In this document: positions 53,905 to 62,809 of the stretch, piece by piece
Position numbering within the stretch: the first letter of the stretch is position 1
How the letters are laid out: the number at the start of each line of letters is the position of its first letter
Origin: an uncultured Eubacteriales bacterium
GTDB lineage: Bacteria; Bacillota; Clostridia; Oscillospirales; UBA644
Direction of reading: 5' to 3'
Assembly (NCBI GenBank): GCA_934454405.1
Contig: CAKSFN010000009.1
Span: forward strand, 30,323 to 94,322
DNA: 64,000 bases
Notes under the pieces: model-generated
The model's database searches: none
What the model was told of the DNA's origin: nothing
Seen by the model: the letters and a program-made list of their open reading frames with translations, nothing else
Made by a program: the position numbers and the translations under genes

Positions 53905-54744
53905 ATGACCGATTTTTATATAGGCTGTCATCTTTCGAGTTCGGGCGGGTTTTCCTCTATGGCAAAGACCGCTCATTCGATAAACGCAAACACGTTTCAG
54001 TTCTTTACCCGCAATCCGCGCGGCGGAAAGGCAAAAGACATTTCGGACGGGGACGTTGCTGAATTTCATCGGCTTTGCGCGGAATATTCGATAGGGAAGA
54101 TAGTTGCGCATTCGCCGTATACACTCAACCCCTGTTCCGCAGATGAAAAAATACGAGAGTTTGCCCGTATTACCTTTGCGGACGATTTGATGCGAATGGA
54201 AAAAGTTCCGGGCAATTATTATAACTTTCATCCGGGCAGCCACGTCGGACAAGGCGTGGATGTTGGTATAAAACTTATCTGCGACCTTTTGAACGAAGTG
54301 CTTTTCCCCGAACAGAAAACCACGGTTCTGCTTGAAACGATGGCGGGCAAGGGCAGTGAGATAGGAGGCAGATTCGAGGAATTGAAACGCATCACAGACG
54401 GCGTTAAACATCCCGAATTGCTCGGTGTTTGCCTTGATACCTGCCATGTTTACGACGGCGGATATGATATAGTCAACGACCTTGACGGCGTGCTTGAAGA
54501 GTTTGACCGAACGGTGGGGCTTGACCGCCTGAAAGCCGTGCATCTGAATGACTCCAAATTCGGTTTTGAAAGCCATAAGGACAGGCACGAAAAGATAGGG
54601 CTCGGTCATATAGGCGAAAAAGCGTTTAAAAGAATAATAAATCACCCTGCGCTCCGAAATCTGACATTTTGTCTCGAAACGCCGAACGAGCTTGACGGCT
54701 ACGAAAAAGAGATAGCGCTCCTGCGCTCGCTTCGCAAAGACTGA
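53905..54744 (+). CDS. nfo: Deoxyribonuclease IV (endonuclease IV)
   Basis: [11 protein letters not shown]..., [34 protein letters not shown] and HLNDSK motifs. Confidence 0.95.
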   Translation: MTDFYIGCHLSSSGGFSSMAKTAHSINANTFQFFTRNPRGGKAKDISDGDVAEFHRLCAEYSIGKIVAHSPYTLNPCSADEKIREFARITFADDLMRMEKVPGNYYNFHPGSHVGQGVDVGIKLICDLLNEVLFPEQKTTVLLETMAGKGSEIGGRFEELKRITDGVKHPELLGVCLDTCHVYDGGYDIVNDLDGVLEEFDRTVGLDRLKAVHLNDSKFGFESHKDRHEKIGLGHIGEKAFKRIINHPALRNLTFCLETPNELDGYEKEIALLRSLRKD

Positions 54745-54759
54745 TACGGAGGACTTAAT

Positions 54760-55554
54760 ATGAAAGATAAAACTGCAAAAAAAAGCGGAAAAGGATTGCG
54801 GATAATCTGCATTCTGATTATGATAGTCCTTCTCGGCGTTATCGGTTATTGCGTGTATAATATTATAACGATTCAAAATGAATATAACGAGAGCAAGAAC
54901 GCGTTTCAGGCCGTTGCCGATCTTGTAGTTAAGAAGATCAAGGTTCCCTCTTCGGACGACAAAGAAGCCGAAGTGACGGTTGAGATCGATTTTGAAGAAC
55001 TCAACAGACAAAACAAGGATATTTTCGCATGGATATTCTGCGACGGCACTCCTCTTAATTATCCCGTGGTCAAGGGCAAAAACAATGACCAGTATCTGCG
55101 TCACCTGATAGACGGCAGATACAACAACAGCGGCACGCTTTTTCTTGACTCCTCAAATTCAAAGGATCTTTCGGACGCGCACTCTTTCATCTTCGGACAT
55201 AATATGAAAAACGGAACGATGTTTGCGTGCCTGCTAAACTATTCAAAGAACGGATATTATGAGGAACATCCGTACATATATCTGTTCACGAAAGATGTGA
55301 ATTATCGGCTCGAAGTCTTTTCCGCTTATAAAACAACGGATTCCGACACGGAAAGCTACAAAAAGGATATCAAACGGAACGACGATATGACGGCATATTT
55401 CAACGGATTGAAAGGACGCTCCGATTTTTCGTGCGATATCGAGTATGCCCGCGGCGACAAGATTCTGACTCTTTCCACCTGCGAATACAGCCGCGCCTCC
55501 GGCAGATACGTTGTGCATTGTCTGATTAAGCCTGTTGAAAATGAGAATAAATAA
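54760..55554 (+). CDS. srtB: Class B sortase
   Basis: N-terminal TM, YPVVKGKNNDQYLRH, HSFIFGHNM (catalytic His), LTLSTCEYS (catalytic Cys) and an Arg near the C-terminus. Confidence 0.88.
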   Translation: MKDKTAKKSGKGLRIICILIMIVLLGVIGYCVYNIITIQNEYNESKNAFQAVADLVVKKIKVPSSDDKEAEVTVEIDFEELNRQNKDIFAWIFCDGTPLNYPVVKGKNNDQYLRHLIDGRYNNSGTLFLDSSNSKDLSDAHSFIFGHNMKNGTMFACLLNYSKNGYYEEHPYIYLFTKDVNYRLEVFSAYKTTDSDTESYKKDIKRNDDMTAYFNGLKGRSDFSCDIEYARGDKILTLSTCEYSRASGRYVVHCLIKPVENENK

Positions 55555-55743
55555 CGAAGCAAAAGGGATGTAAAAAAAGCCCAGACCGCAAAAAAGGCTG
55601 AAAAATACAAAAAAAGCAATGGCTTAAAAGATAAACAAAACGACTCAAAACAGCAATTTTTGTGTTTTTCCATAAAATAAGGTTTTAATACGCCTTTTTT
55701 GCTACGGGCGAATCTCACCTCTCGATGTATAAACATACACCAA

Positions 55744-56062
55744 GGCTGATGATGTCCGGACTCTTATCGCCCGACACAGGCTATTTTCGGTTATTTTCTC
55801 TCTTTTCGTTTTGGCGGGCGTCAGCCCGCCTGCGTCTCAAAAAGAAAAAATTCCTCGAAAATTTTTCTGTGTCGGGTGCGTGCAGTTTTTACGGTGCGGA
55901 TTTTTGTCATAACGACAAAGAAGCCGCCGTGAATACTGTCGTATTTGCAAGGCTTTTGCGAAAGTCAGGGCGAAAATCCGCCCGTTAAAACCGATGAGAG
56001 TTCGAAGATCATCAGCCATGGGTTTGATTCACCCATTCTGAACCTTTTTTCCTATCCCCAAC
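55744..56062 (+). ncRNA. Candidate structured RNA (independent sRNA or long structured srtB 3'UTR); not matched to any family I can recognise
   Basis: The region is non-coding and lies between convergent genes. Nested complementary segments: 55746-55755/56010-56019 (10 bp), 55770-55781/55869-55880 (12 bp with a plus-strand-only G-U), 55785-55792/55857-55864, GC hairpin 55815-55832, and hairpin 55893-55932. It ends at a plus-sense intrinsic terminator. Confidence 0.3.
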
Positions 56063-56107
56063 GGGGCTGTAAAAAAACTTGCGTTTTTTTACAGCCCCGT
56101 GTTTTTT
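56063..56107 (+). terminator. Strong intrinsic terminator, canonical in the plus orientation and also abutting the spoIIP stop
   Basis: ggggctgtaaaaaaa (56063-56077) pairs with tttttttacagcccc (56084-56098), followed by gtgTTTTTT (to 56107). Confidence 0.8.
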
Positions 56108-57191
56108 ACTGTTCACCGTCGAAATATGTTATCATAACATCTGCAAAATATTCGGCGGCGCGCTCCGCCTCCTCCTTTGCGTTGGCGTCCGAGCCGACTT
56201 CAAGCAGCATTGAGCCGTCCGTCAGATGTTGGTTGAATCTGCTGTTGCTGACTATCATCGGTCTCATCAGCGTCGGATAGAGTCTGTTCGCCGTGTCCTG
56301 CAAATGGATCGCCAGACAAAAATTGTTTTGCCAGGTCGGAAACTGATACGTCGCATTCCCCGCGCCGACAAGAAACATCAGCTGCGCGCAAGTCTCTCCG
56401 TTCAGCGTTGTGACTGTTTTATACCTTGTCCCGTCGCTTGCAAGCAGACAGTCCCTGTGTACGTCCAAAACCACTTTTATCGACGGATATTTTTGCTTGC
56501 AGGCGGTTATATCCGCATAAGAACTCGAATAAGAATGATTGTAGTCGAGGTCGTGTATCGTCGTTGAATGAATCACCGAATATCCCGCCGCCGACAGCCT
56601 CCGTTCGATGATATTGCCTATGCTTATCATATTTTTTTCGGGATCCTGCGTTCTGAATGTTTCGCTTTTGTCGTAACTTTCCCCGCTTCCTTCGTGATAA
56701 CATTCCGTCGTGTGGGTATGAACAATCAGTATCTGCGGCTCATCGCTTCCTTTTTTCGGGACGGCAGGCGGTTTTTCGGACAAAAGGGAAGAGATGTCAA
56801 AGTTTATTTTATGCTCGTTTATAACATAAATCCCCTTCGCGTTGTCCATATAGTCCGCTCCCTTTGAAAACCGCGCGACTATCGGATACGCGCCTTTTTT
56901 TTCATCTTCCTCCGTAACATAGCCGCCCTCGAGCCACGGGACATTCTCATCAGTTTGCTCCGAGCGAAACCTGTCGATCCTGTTCGCGTTTTCATCAGTC
57001 CCTTCGTATGCTTTATAATCTCTCGAAATATCTGCGGAAAACTCCCTGAACTTCATCTCCGTTTCCGCAACGATATCCATTCCCGATGTTGCAAGCAATA
57101 ACGCGGACAGCGCGGAAAAGCAGACCGCTGTTGCCGCAATATTGATTTTCGGATTTCTCATAACGCTGAAAAACTTCCGCACTTTTAACAC
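56106..57191 (-). CDS. spoIIP: Stage II sporulation protein P (SpoIIP)
   Basis: N-terminal TM, ILIVHTHTTECY, and a C-terminal amidase-like region (LDVHRD, LFLVGAGN). It lies downstream of gpr as in Bacillus. The start may be internal (GTG 57182 or ATG further in). Confidence 0.88.
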   Translation of the reverse strand: MLKVRKFFSVMRNPKINIAATAVCFSALSALLLATSGMDIVAETEMKFREFSADISRDYKAYEGTDENANRIDRFRSEQTDENVPWLEGGYVTEEDEKKGAYPIVARFSKGADYMDNAKGIYVINEHKINFDISSLLSEKPPAVPKKGSDEPQILIVHTHTTECYHEGSGESYDKSETFRTQDPEKNMISIGNIIERRLSAAGYSVIHSTTIHDLDYNHSYSSSYADITACKQKYPSIKVVLDVHRDCLLASDGTRYKTVTTLNGETCAQLMFLVGAGNATYQFPTWQNNFCLAIHLQDTANRLYPTLMRPMIVSNSRFNQHLTDGSMLLEVGSDANAKEEAERAAEYFADVMITYFDGEQ

Positions 57192-57213
57192 CTCAGAAAA
57201 GTATATGCGCGTT

Positions 57214-58035
57214 TCAGCTGTTTAAGAACACCGAAAGAGTTTCTTTTTCCGCCTTCGGGTGAAAAACCCTGTTCAAAAAGCCCGATATCACGTCAGAACA
57301 GCGTTCAACGGCAAGGTCAATGTCTTTCGGGGTAACTATAAGCCCGCCGTTTTTTTCGTCAGACAGGTCAATCACTGTCGGAACGCCTATCGAAAATACG
57401 GGAATACCGAGCGTTTGCCTGTCAAGTGCGTTGCGGTGATTTCCTACCCCCGATCCCGGACGAATTCCCGTATTGCTCAACTGTATGTTTTTGCACAGCC
57501 GTGATTTTTCCCGCGCGGCAAGCGCGTCGATTACCACGACCGCATCGGGGTGAATCGCGCTGACGACGGATTTTACAAGTTCCGCCGTCTCTATGCCCGT
57601 CTTGCCCAACACATTCGGCGTTATTTGGCAGACCTCTCCGAGACCGAGTGTATCAAACCCGGCATGACCTTTCAGATGACGTGTGACCACGAGTTTTTCC
57701 GCTGTTTTCGGACCTATCGCGTCTGCTGTAAGCGAGGGATTGCCGAGCCCTACCACAAGTGTCGATTTTCTGTTTCCGAATATCTCTTCAAATTCTTCTT
57801 TTGCAGCGTTTACGGTGCTTTCCACGCTTGCGTCGTCGTAGTCGTCTTTGCTGAAAGATATTGTAATATACCGACCTTTTTCTTTTCCCGTTTTTTCTTC
57901 CGCGCTGTCCGATAAAATGTCCGTGACGCTGACTTTTACACCGTTCTTTTCATATTCGTTTTGCCGTATTTCGTTTGTTTGAGCAGAATCGTATTCTTTT
58001 GTGAGTTCCGCCGCCATATCCGTGCGTATCTGCAT
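57214..58035 (-). CDS. gpr: Germination protease GPR
   Basis: MQIRTDMAAELTKE..., VVGLGNPSLTADAIGPK and IDALAARE motifs. GAGGTG lies 6 nt before ATG 58035. Confidence 0.92.
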   Translation of the reverse strand: MQIRTDMAAELTKEYDSAQTNEIRQNEYEKNGVKVSVTDILSDSAEEKTGKEKGRYITISFSKDDYDDASVESTVNAAKEEFEEIFGNRKSTLVVGLGNPSLTADAIGPKTAEKLVVTRHLKGHAGFDTLGLGEVCQITPNVLGKTGIETAELVKSVVSAIHPDAVVVIDALAAREKSRLCKNIQLSNTGIRPGSGVGNHRNALDRQTLGIPVFSIGVPTVIDLSDEKNGGLIVTPKDIDLAVERCSDVISGFLNRVFHPKAEKETLSVFLNS

Positions 58036-58053
58036 TGAAATCACCTCATAGCA

Positions 58054-58083
58054 AGTATTGGCAATTTTTTGTGATGTTTATAC
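58054..58083 (-). promoter_or_regulatory. Possible forespore (sigma-F/G type) promoter of gpr
   Basis: Reverse strand reads GTATA (58083-58079), 18 nt spacer, CAATACT (58060-58054). This loosely matches the GnATA-N17/18-CAtnnTA consensus, and gpr is sigma-F/G dependent in Bacillus. Confidence 0.3.
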
Positions 58084-58168
58084 CAAAACGGTTGCTTTTT
58101 TTTGTATGATGTGTTATTATTAAAATAATATTATATTGTTTATTACGGGAAACGAGGGGAGAAGAAGT

Positions 58169-59185
58169 ATGAAAAACTTTTTCAACAAGTATTTTATCAA
58201 CCCCATGGCGGCGATGGCGCAGGGACTTTTTGCATCGCTCCTGATAGGAACGATAATCAATACTTTGGGAACGCTTACCGGTTGGAGCATTCTTAACGAC
58301 ATCGGCGGCTTTGCGTCCGCTATGGCAGGTCCTGCGATGGCCGTGGCGATAGCGTATTCTCTTAAATGTCAGCCCCTTGTTATATTTTCAATGGCAGCGG
58401 TCGGCTATGCGGCGAATGTCAAAGGCGGCGCGGGCGGACCTCTTGCCGTTTTCGTTATCGCTCTTATCGCCTCCGTTATCGCAAACCTTCTTGCAGGAAA
58501 AACAAAGGTCGATATTATTCTTACTCCTGCAGTCACGGTTCTTGTCGGCGGACTGCTTGCCATATTCATCGCGCCCCCGATAGGCAGTTTTGCGAATGAA
58601 TTCGGCAAGCTTATAATGTGGGCAACAACACAGCACCCGTTTGTTATGGGTATCATCGTTTCCGTTATCGTCGGAATACTTCTGACGCTGCCTGTCAGCA
58701 GCGCGGCAATATGCGCTTCGATCGGTCTTACGGGACTTGCCGGCGGTGCTGCTGTTGCGGGCTGCTGCGCGCAGATGGTCGGCTTTGCGTGCGCAAGCTT
58801 CCGCGAAAACAAGATAGGAGGTCTTGTCGCTCAGGGTCTCGGAACAAGTATGCTTCAGATCGGAAACATAATGAAAAATCCCCGTATCTGGATAGCCCCG
58901 ACGCTTGCATCCGCAATAACCGGTCCCATTTCCACAATGGTCTTCAAAATGGAAATGAACGGCCCCGCGGTTTCGTCCGGTATGGGCACCTGCGGTCTGG
59001 TGGGACCCATCGGCGTGTGGCAGGGCTGGATTTCCACGGGACATTCCGCAACATGGTTCGACTGGCTCGGACTGCTGCTTGTTTGCATTGTTCTTCCCGC
59101 CGTTCTGACGGTTTCGATAGATCTGGTTATGCGTAAGCTCGGCTGGGTGAAAAACGGCGACCAAAAGCTTGTAATTGAAAAATAG
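58169..59185 (+). CDS. PTS_EIIC_2 family polytopic membrane protein (putative sugar permease component)
   Basis: About 338 aa with many Gly/Ala-rich helices. The N-terminus MKNFFNKYFINPMAAMAQGLFASLLIGTII resembles the PF13303-type EIIC as recalled. No EIIA/EIIB genes are nearby. Confidence 0.55.
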   Translation: MKNFFNKYFINPMAAMAQGLFASLLIGTIINTLGTLTGWSILNDIGGFASAMAGPAMAVAIAYSLKCQPLVIFSMAAVGYAANVKGGAGGPLAVFVIALIASVIANLLAGKTKVDIILTPAVTVLVGGLLAIFIAPPIGSFANEFGKLIMWATTQHPFVMGIIVSVIVGILLTLPVSSAAICASIGLTGLAGGAAVAGCCAQMVGFACASFRENKIGGLVAQGLGTSMLQIGNIMKNPRIWIAPTLASAITGPISTMVFKMEMNGPAVSSGMGTCGLVGPIGVWQGWISTGHSATWFDWLGLLLVCIVLPAVLTVSIDLVMRKLGWVKNGDQKLVIEK

Positions 59186-59215
59186 TGAAAAAAAACGGAA
59201 ATTTTGTTTTTGGTA

Positions 59216-59244
59216 TTGCATTTTAATCAATGTTCTGATATAAT
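59216..59244 (+). promoter_or_regulatory. Sigma-A promoter for rpsT
   Basis: TTGCAT (59216-59221), 17 nt spacer, TATAAT (59239-59244). Confidence 0.7.
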
Positions 59245-59283
59245 AAATCAGTACGATAGTGTTTTTTTCGGGAGGTGACATTT

Positions 59284-59529
59284 ATGCCTAACATTAAATC
59301 CGCAAAGAAGAGAGTTAAGGTTACCAGCTCTAAGAATATGCAGAACAAGGTTTTCAAGTCTGCAATGAGAACGAATCTTAAAAAACTTAAAGTCGGCATT
59401 GAGGCAAAGGACGCGGCTTCTCTCAACGAAGCATACAAGATTCTTGACAAAGCGGCGGCAAAGGGTATTATGCACAAAAATACCGCTGCCAACAAAAAAG
59501 CAAAGCTTGCCGCTCAGTTCAACGCGTAA
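59284..59529 (+). CDS. rpsT: 30S ribosomal protein S20
   Basis: MPNIKSAKKRVKVTSSKNMQNKVFKSAMRT...GIMHKNTAANKK. GGGAGG RBS. Confidence 0.96.
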   Translation: MPNIKSAKKRVKVTSSKNMQNKVFKSAMRTNLKKLKVGIEAKDAASLNEAYKILDKAAAKGIMHKNTAANKKAKLAAQFNA

Positions 59530-59547
59530 TCAAGTCGAAAAGGTTAT

Positions 59548-59583
59548 CTGTCTCATGCTTTATCGCGTGAGACAGTCTTTTTT
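59548..59583 (+). terminator. Rho-independent terminator after rpsT
   Basis: ctgtctca (59548-59555) pairs with tgagacag (59568-59575), then a T-run. Confidence 0.75.
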
Positions 59584-59670
59584 GCGAAAAAAAACGGTAA
59601 TTCGGGAAATGATAACGGAAATACGGTTTTACCGGTCTCTCAAATAATACAATTATGAGGAAAAAATATT

Positions 59671-60267
59671 ATGGCAAACACAAATAAAAGCGGAAAAATT
59701 TTTACCAAGAATCTGACGATGGTCGCTATCCTGACCGCAATCACGGTCGTGTTGCAGATTGTTTCGCTTGTTTCAAGACCGTTCCTTCCTTTTTCAATTA
59801 CGCTTTCGCTTTTTTCGATAGTTATAGGCGCGGCGCTGTGCGGTCCCGTAACAAGTTCTTGGCTCGGCTTTGTATTCGGCGTTACCGTGCTTCTTTCCGG
59901 CGATGCGGCGGCGTTTCTGACCGTTAATATTCCGGGAACTATCATAACCGTTCTTGCAAAAGGAACGCTTGCGGGACTTGCGGCGGGTCTCATATATAAA
60001 CTTGCTTCAAAAGTCAACGGTTATTTCGGCGTTTTCTGTTCTGCCGTTGTTGCTCCTATTGTAAACACCGGTGTGTTTTTGCTCGGTTGCAAACTGTTCT
60101 TTATGGATACTATCACATCTTGGGCAGAAGCGGCAGGCAGTCCAAATGTAGGTTCTTATATAATTTTGTCGTTTGTAGGTATCAATTTCCTGATTGAACT
60201 CGGTGTCAATATGGTTTGCAGCCCCATTATACTTCGTCTTATAAATATTCGTAAAAAGGAAGGCTGA
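59671..60267 (+). CDS. ECF transporter S component (probably pantothenate-specific PanT, judged from context)
   Basis: 198 aa with six hydrophobic helices typical of ECF substrate-capture subunits. It lies immediately upstream of the pantothenate kinase gene. Confidence 0.65.
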   Translation: MANTNKSGKIFTKNLTMVAILTAITVVLQIVSLVSRPFLPFSITLSLFSIVIGAALCGPVTSSWLGFVFGVTVLLSGDAAAFLTVNIPGTIITVLAKGTLAGLAAGLIYKLASKVNGYFGVFCSAVVAPIVNTGVFLLGCKLFFMDTITSWAEAAGSPNVGSYIILSFVGINFLIELGVNMVCSPIILRLINIRKKEG

Positions 60268-60272
60268 TTCTG

Positions 60273-61085
60273 ATGAACGTAATCGGTATAGACGTCGGCG
60301 GAAGCACAACAAAAATAGTTTGTGTCAGCAACGGAAAAATGCTTGATCCGATGCAGGTCAAAGCGACCGACCCTCTGACCTCGGTTTACGGGGCTTTCGG
60401 GAAATATTTGAGCGAAAAGGGCTTGACGCTTGAAGATATTGATATGATAAAGGTTACCGGTGTCGGCTCAACGTATATTCGCGAGGGACTTTACGGAATC
60501 CCGACCGAAAAAGTCAACGAGTTCACGTCCATCGGTCTCGGCGGACTTGCCATGTCGGGGCTTGACCACGCAATAATCGTCAGTATGGGCACGGGTACGG
60601 CGTTTGTCGAAGCCGGAAACGGCGTTAACCGCCACATGGGCGGTACGGGCGTCGGCGGAGGAACCTTGCTCGGTCTCGGCTCCAAGCTTCTCGACGTTCG
60701 CAATTATGAAAGCATTGTTGAAATGGCGCTGAAAGGAAACTTGGACAAGGTTGACCTTTATGTCGGAGAGCTCTCAAAATCGGAAGAGGGATATATGCCC
60801 TCAAAAGTAACCGCCGCCAATTTCGGAAAGGTTACGGACTTCTCCACGAAAGAGGATATAGCGGCCGGGCTTGTAAATATGGTTTTTCAGACCGTTGGTA
60901 TGATGAGCGTTTTTGCGGCGCAGACCGTCGGGCTTAAAGATATCGTCCTTATCGGTAATCTTTCTAAATTCCCCAATATACGAGAGCTTTGCAAGCAGGT
61001 CGAAGATCTTCACGACGTTCGTTTTCACGTTCCCGAGTTTTCGGAGTACGCGACGGCTTTCGGTGCGGCGTTGAGCAACCGCTGA
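60273..61085 (+). CDS. coaW: Type II pantothenate kinase (CoaW)
   Basis: MNVIGIDVGGSTTKIV..., SMGTGTAF and GGTGVGGGTLLGL are ASKHA motifs. The 270-aa length is typical of CoaW. Confidence 0.85.
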   Translation: MNVIGIDVGGSTTKIVCVSNGKMLDPMQVKATDPLTSVYGAFGKYLSEKGLTLEDIDMIKVTGVGSTYIREGLYGIPTEKVNEFTSIGLGGLAMSGLDHAIIVSMGTGTAFVEAGNGVNRHMGGTGVGGGTLLGLGSKLLDVRNYESIVEMALKGNLDKVDLYVGELSKSEEGYMPSKVTAANFGKVTDFSTKEDIAAGLVNMVFQTVGMMSVFAAQTVGLKDIVLIGNLSKFPNIRELCKQVEDLHDVRFHVPEFSEYATAFGAALSNR

Positions 61086-61110
61086 TCTCTTTTTTATAAA
61101 ATAAAAAATA

Positions 61111-61137
61111 CGGCGCAGTCGTTTTTCGACTGCGCCG
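61111..61137. terminator. Bidirectional terminator between the convergent coaW and fsa/tal genes
   Basis: cggcgcagtcg (61111-61121) pairs with cgactgcgccg (61127-61137), with A/T runs on both sides. Confidence 0.8.
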
Positions 61138-61153
61138 CGATATTTTTCTTAAA

Positions 61154-61852
61154 TTATTGTTTTCCCTCGTATTCGTTGACGAAATCGAGAATTTTCTTGT
61201 CCCCGTAAACACTCTTCCAGTCGCAGTTGAAATCGTCTATCGCGTACTGGGTGAGCGGGTGATAGATAAGATGGTCGAAAAGTTCGGGGTTAATGGTAAC
61301 AGCGTCGCCGCCGACCATCGCAATTTTATGAACCTGTTCGATGGTTTTGAAGCTTGCCGCCAACACCTTTGTCGTAACGTGGTTGATTCTGAACATTTCC
61401 TCAATCTCTTCAACAACGTGAATACCGTCACTGAGAAGGTTATCAAGTCTGTTGACGTAGGGAGCAACGAATTTTGCGCCCGCGCTCGCCGCAAGCATTG
61501 CCTGCTGCTGTGTGAAAATTGCGGTAACGGTAACGTTTATGCCTCTTTTCGTAAGAGCCATGGTCGCTTTGAGTCCTTCGAGACCTATGGGAACTTTTAC
61601 ATAAAAATTATCTCCGGCAATATCTCTGAGCGCCTCCGCTTCCGCGATTATATCGCCGCACTTCTCCTGCGTGGTCTGAACGTGGAGCATTTTGTCGGGA
61701 CCGATAATGGATCTGATTTCCTTGATAAGTTCGACAAAATCTCTTTTTTCCTTGGAAATGATAGTCGGGTTTGTCGTAACGCCCGCAATGGGGAAGAATT
61801 CATTGCATCTTCTGATTTGGTCAACGTTGGCGGTATCAATAATGTACAGCAT
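61154..61852 (-). CDS. Transaldolase-family protein (fructose-6-phosphate aldolase/TalC type)
   Basis: MLYIIDTANVDQIRRCNEFFPIAGVTTNPTII and VKVP (Schiff-base Lys context), about 232 aa. The start at M8 fits family N-termini. Confidence 0.88.
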   Translation of the reverse strand: MLYIIDTANVDQIRRCNEFFPIAGVTTNPTIISKEKRDFVELIKEIRSIIGPDKMLHVQTTQEKCGDIIAEAEALRDIAGDNFYVKVPIGLEGLKATMALTKRGINVTVTAIFTQQQAMLAASAGAKFVAPYVNRLDNLLSDGIHVVEEIEEMFRINHVTTKVLAASFKTIEQVHKIAMVGGDAVTINPELFDHLIYHPLTQYAIDDFNCDWKSVYGDKKILDFVNEYEGKQ

Positions 61853-62000
61853 ACAAAAGTCCACTTCTTTCATATTATTTATGCCTTTATTTTATCACAT
61901 TGTTTATTTTTTGTCAATACCGACACAGTAAAATATGTACGAATTATATGTGACAGCATTGTGCATATTTACTATATATTTTCGTGATGTTCACCAAAAT

Positions 62001-62029
62001 GAATAAAAAAAACTCGGCAGGGGAAAACT
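62001..62029 (+). promoter_or_regulatory. Possible sigma-F type forespore promoter
   Basis: GAATA (62001-62005), 15 nt spacer, GGGAAAACT (62021-62029). This fits the GnATA-N15-GGnnAnAnT pattern recalled for sigma-F and lies about 30 nt upstream of the M23 gene ATG. Confidence 0.35.
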
Positions 62030-62059
62030 TTTCACGAATAAAACAATGCGGAGGGCATC

Positions 62060-62707
62060 ATGTCTGATTTTTACAGAAGCAGAAGCGGAGCTTTTTTATC
62101 TTTCATGCGCCGCAAGGGTATTTATATTGCGATGATCTTATTGCTCGCAGGGGTTGTTTCGGTCGCATATTTCAGGATAGCGGACAAGGAAACGCCGGAG
62201 GATGTAAATTTGGCTCGGGAAAATGCGGCGATCCCGAAGATTACGCTTCCGCCGAGCCCGACGGAGCCGAAAACCTCCGACGCGGGGGAAAACATTCCCA
62301 AAAATCCCGTTTTCAAGGCTCCGATAGAGTGCGCCGTTTCACAGCCTTTTTCGGGAACGGTTCCCGTTTTTTCCGAAACGATGAACGATTGGCGGCTTCA
62401 TCAGGGCGTTGATTACAGAACCGAAACTCCCGCAAACGTGACGGCGGCGGCAGACGGTATAGTTGAAGACGTTTACAGCGACGGCATAATGGGAAAAAGC
62501 GTCGTTCTGGAACATTCGGACGGAACGAGAACCGTTTATCAGTCCCTTGAAGATACCGCGGTTATTCGGGGACAGACCGTTCTCTGCGGTGATTTGCTGG
62601 GACGGACGGGAGCGTCCGCCGCGGCGGAAGCCGATATGGGGATTCATCTTCATTTCGCCGTTATTCGAGACGGCGCGTATATAGACCCCGAAGAAATATT
62701 GAAATAG
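62060..62707 (+). CDS. Membrane-anchored M23/LytM peptidase, SpoIIQ-like
   Basis: 215 aa with an N-terminal TM (GIYIAMILLLAGVVSVAYF), HQGVDY (HxxxD) and GIHLHFAV (HxH). The architecture matches clostridial SpoIIQ. Confidence 0.6.
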   Translation: MSDFYRSRSGAFLSFMRRKGIYIAMILLLAGVVSVAYFRIADKETPEDVNLARENAAIPKITLPPSPTEPKTSDAGENIPKNPVFKAPIECAVSQPFSGTVPVFSETMNDWRLHQGVDYRTETPANVTAAADGIVEDVYSDGIMGKSVVLEHSDGTRTVYQSLEDTAVIRGQTVLCGDLLGRTGASAAAEADMGIHLHFAVIRDGAYIDPEEILK

Positions 62708-62735
62708 CGGAAGACGCAAAACACGCGTTTTGACC

Positions 62736-62764
62736 TTGACTTTCCTCCGAATGTATGCTAAAAT
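62736..62764 (+). promoter_or_regulatory. Sigma-A promoter for the DUF1836-NUDIX genes
   Basis: TTGACT (62736-62741), 17 nt spacer, TAAAAT (62759-62764), with TGc extended -10. Confidence 0.65.
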
Positions 62765-62809
62765 ATTTATCAAGAGAAAAATATTAAAACAAACATTCGG
62801 AGGAAAAAA

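Noticed and set aside
55744-56062. Identity of the structured region as tmRNA, RNase P RNA, SRP RNA or a tRNA-like element
   Set aside because: - There is no GAGGAAAGTCC (RNase P P4) motif.
- There is no GGTCCGGAAGGAAGCAGC SRP domain IV; only a GTCCGGAC palindrome is present.
- There is no tag-peptide reading frame ending in ALAA, and no GGTTCGA(A/T)TCC T-arm with a CCA end.
- The ATGGGT/ACCCAT hairpin (56019-56037) has a 7-nt loop but no matching acceptor stem.
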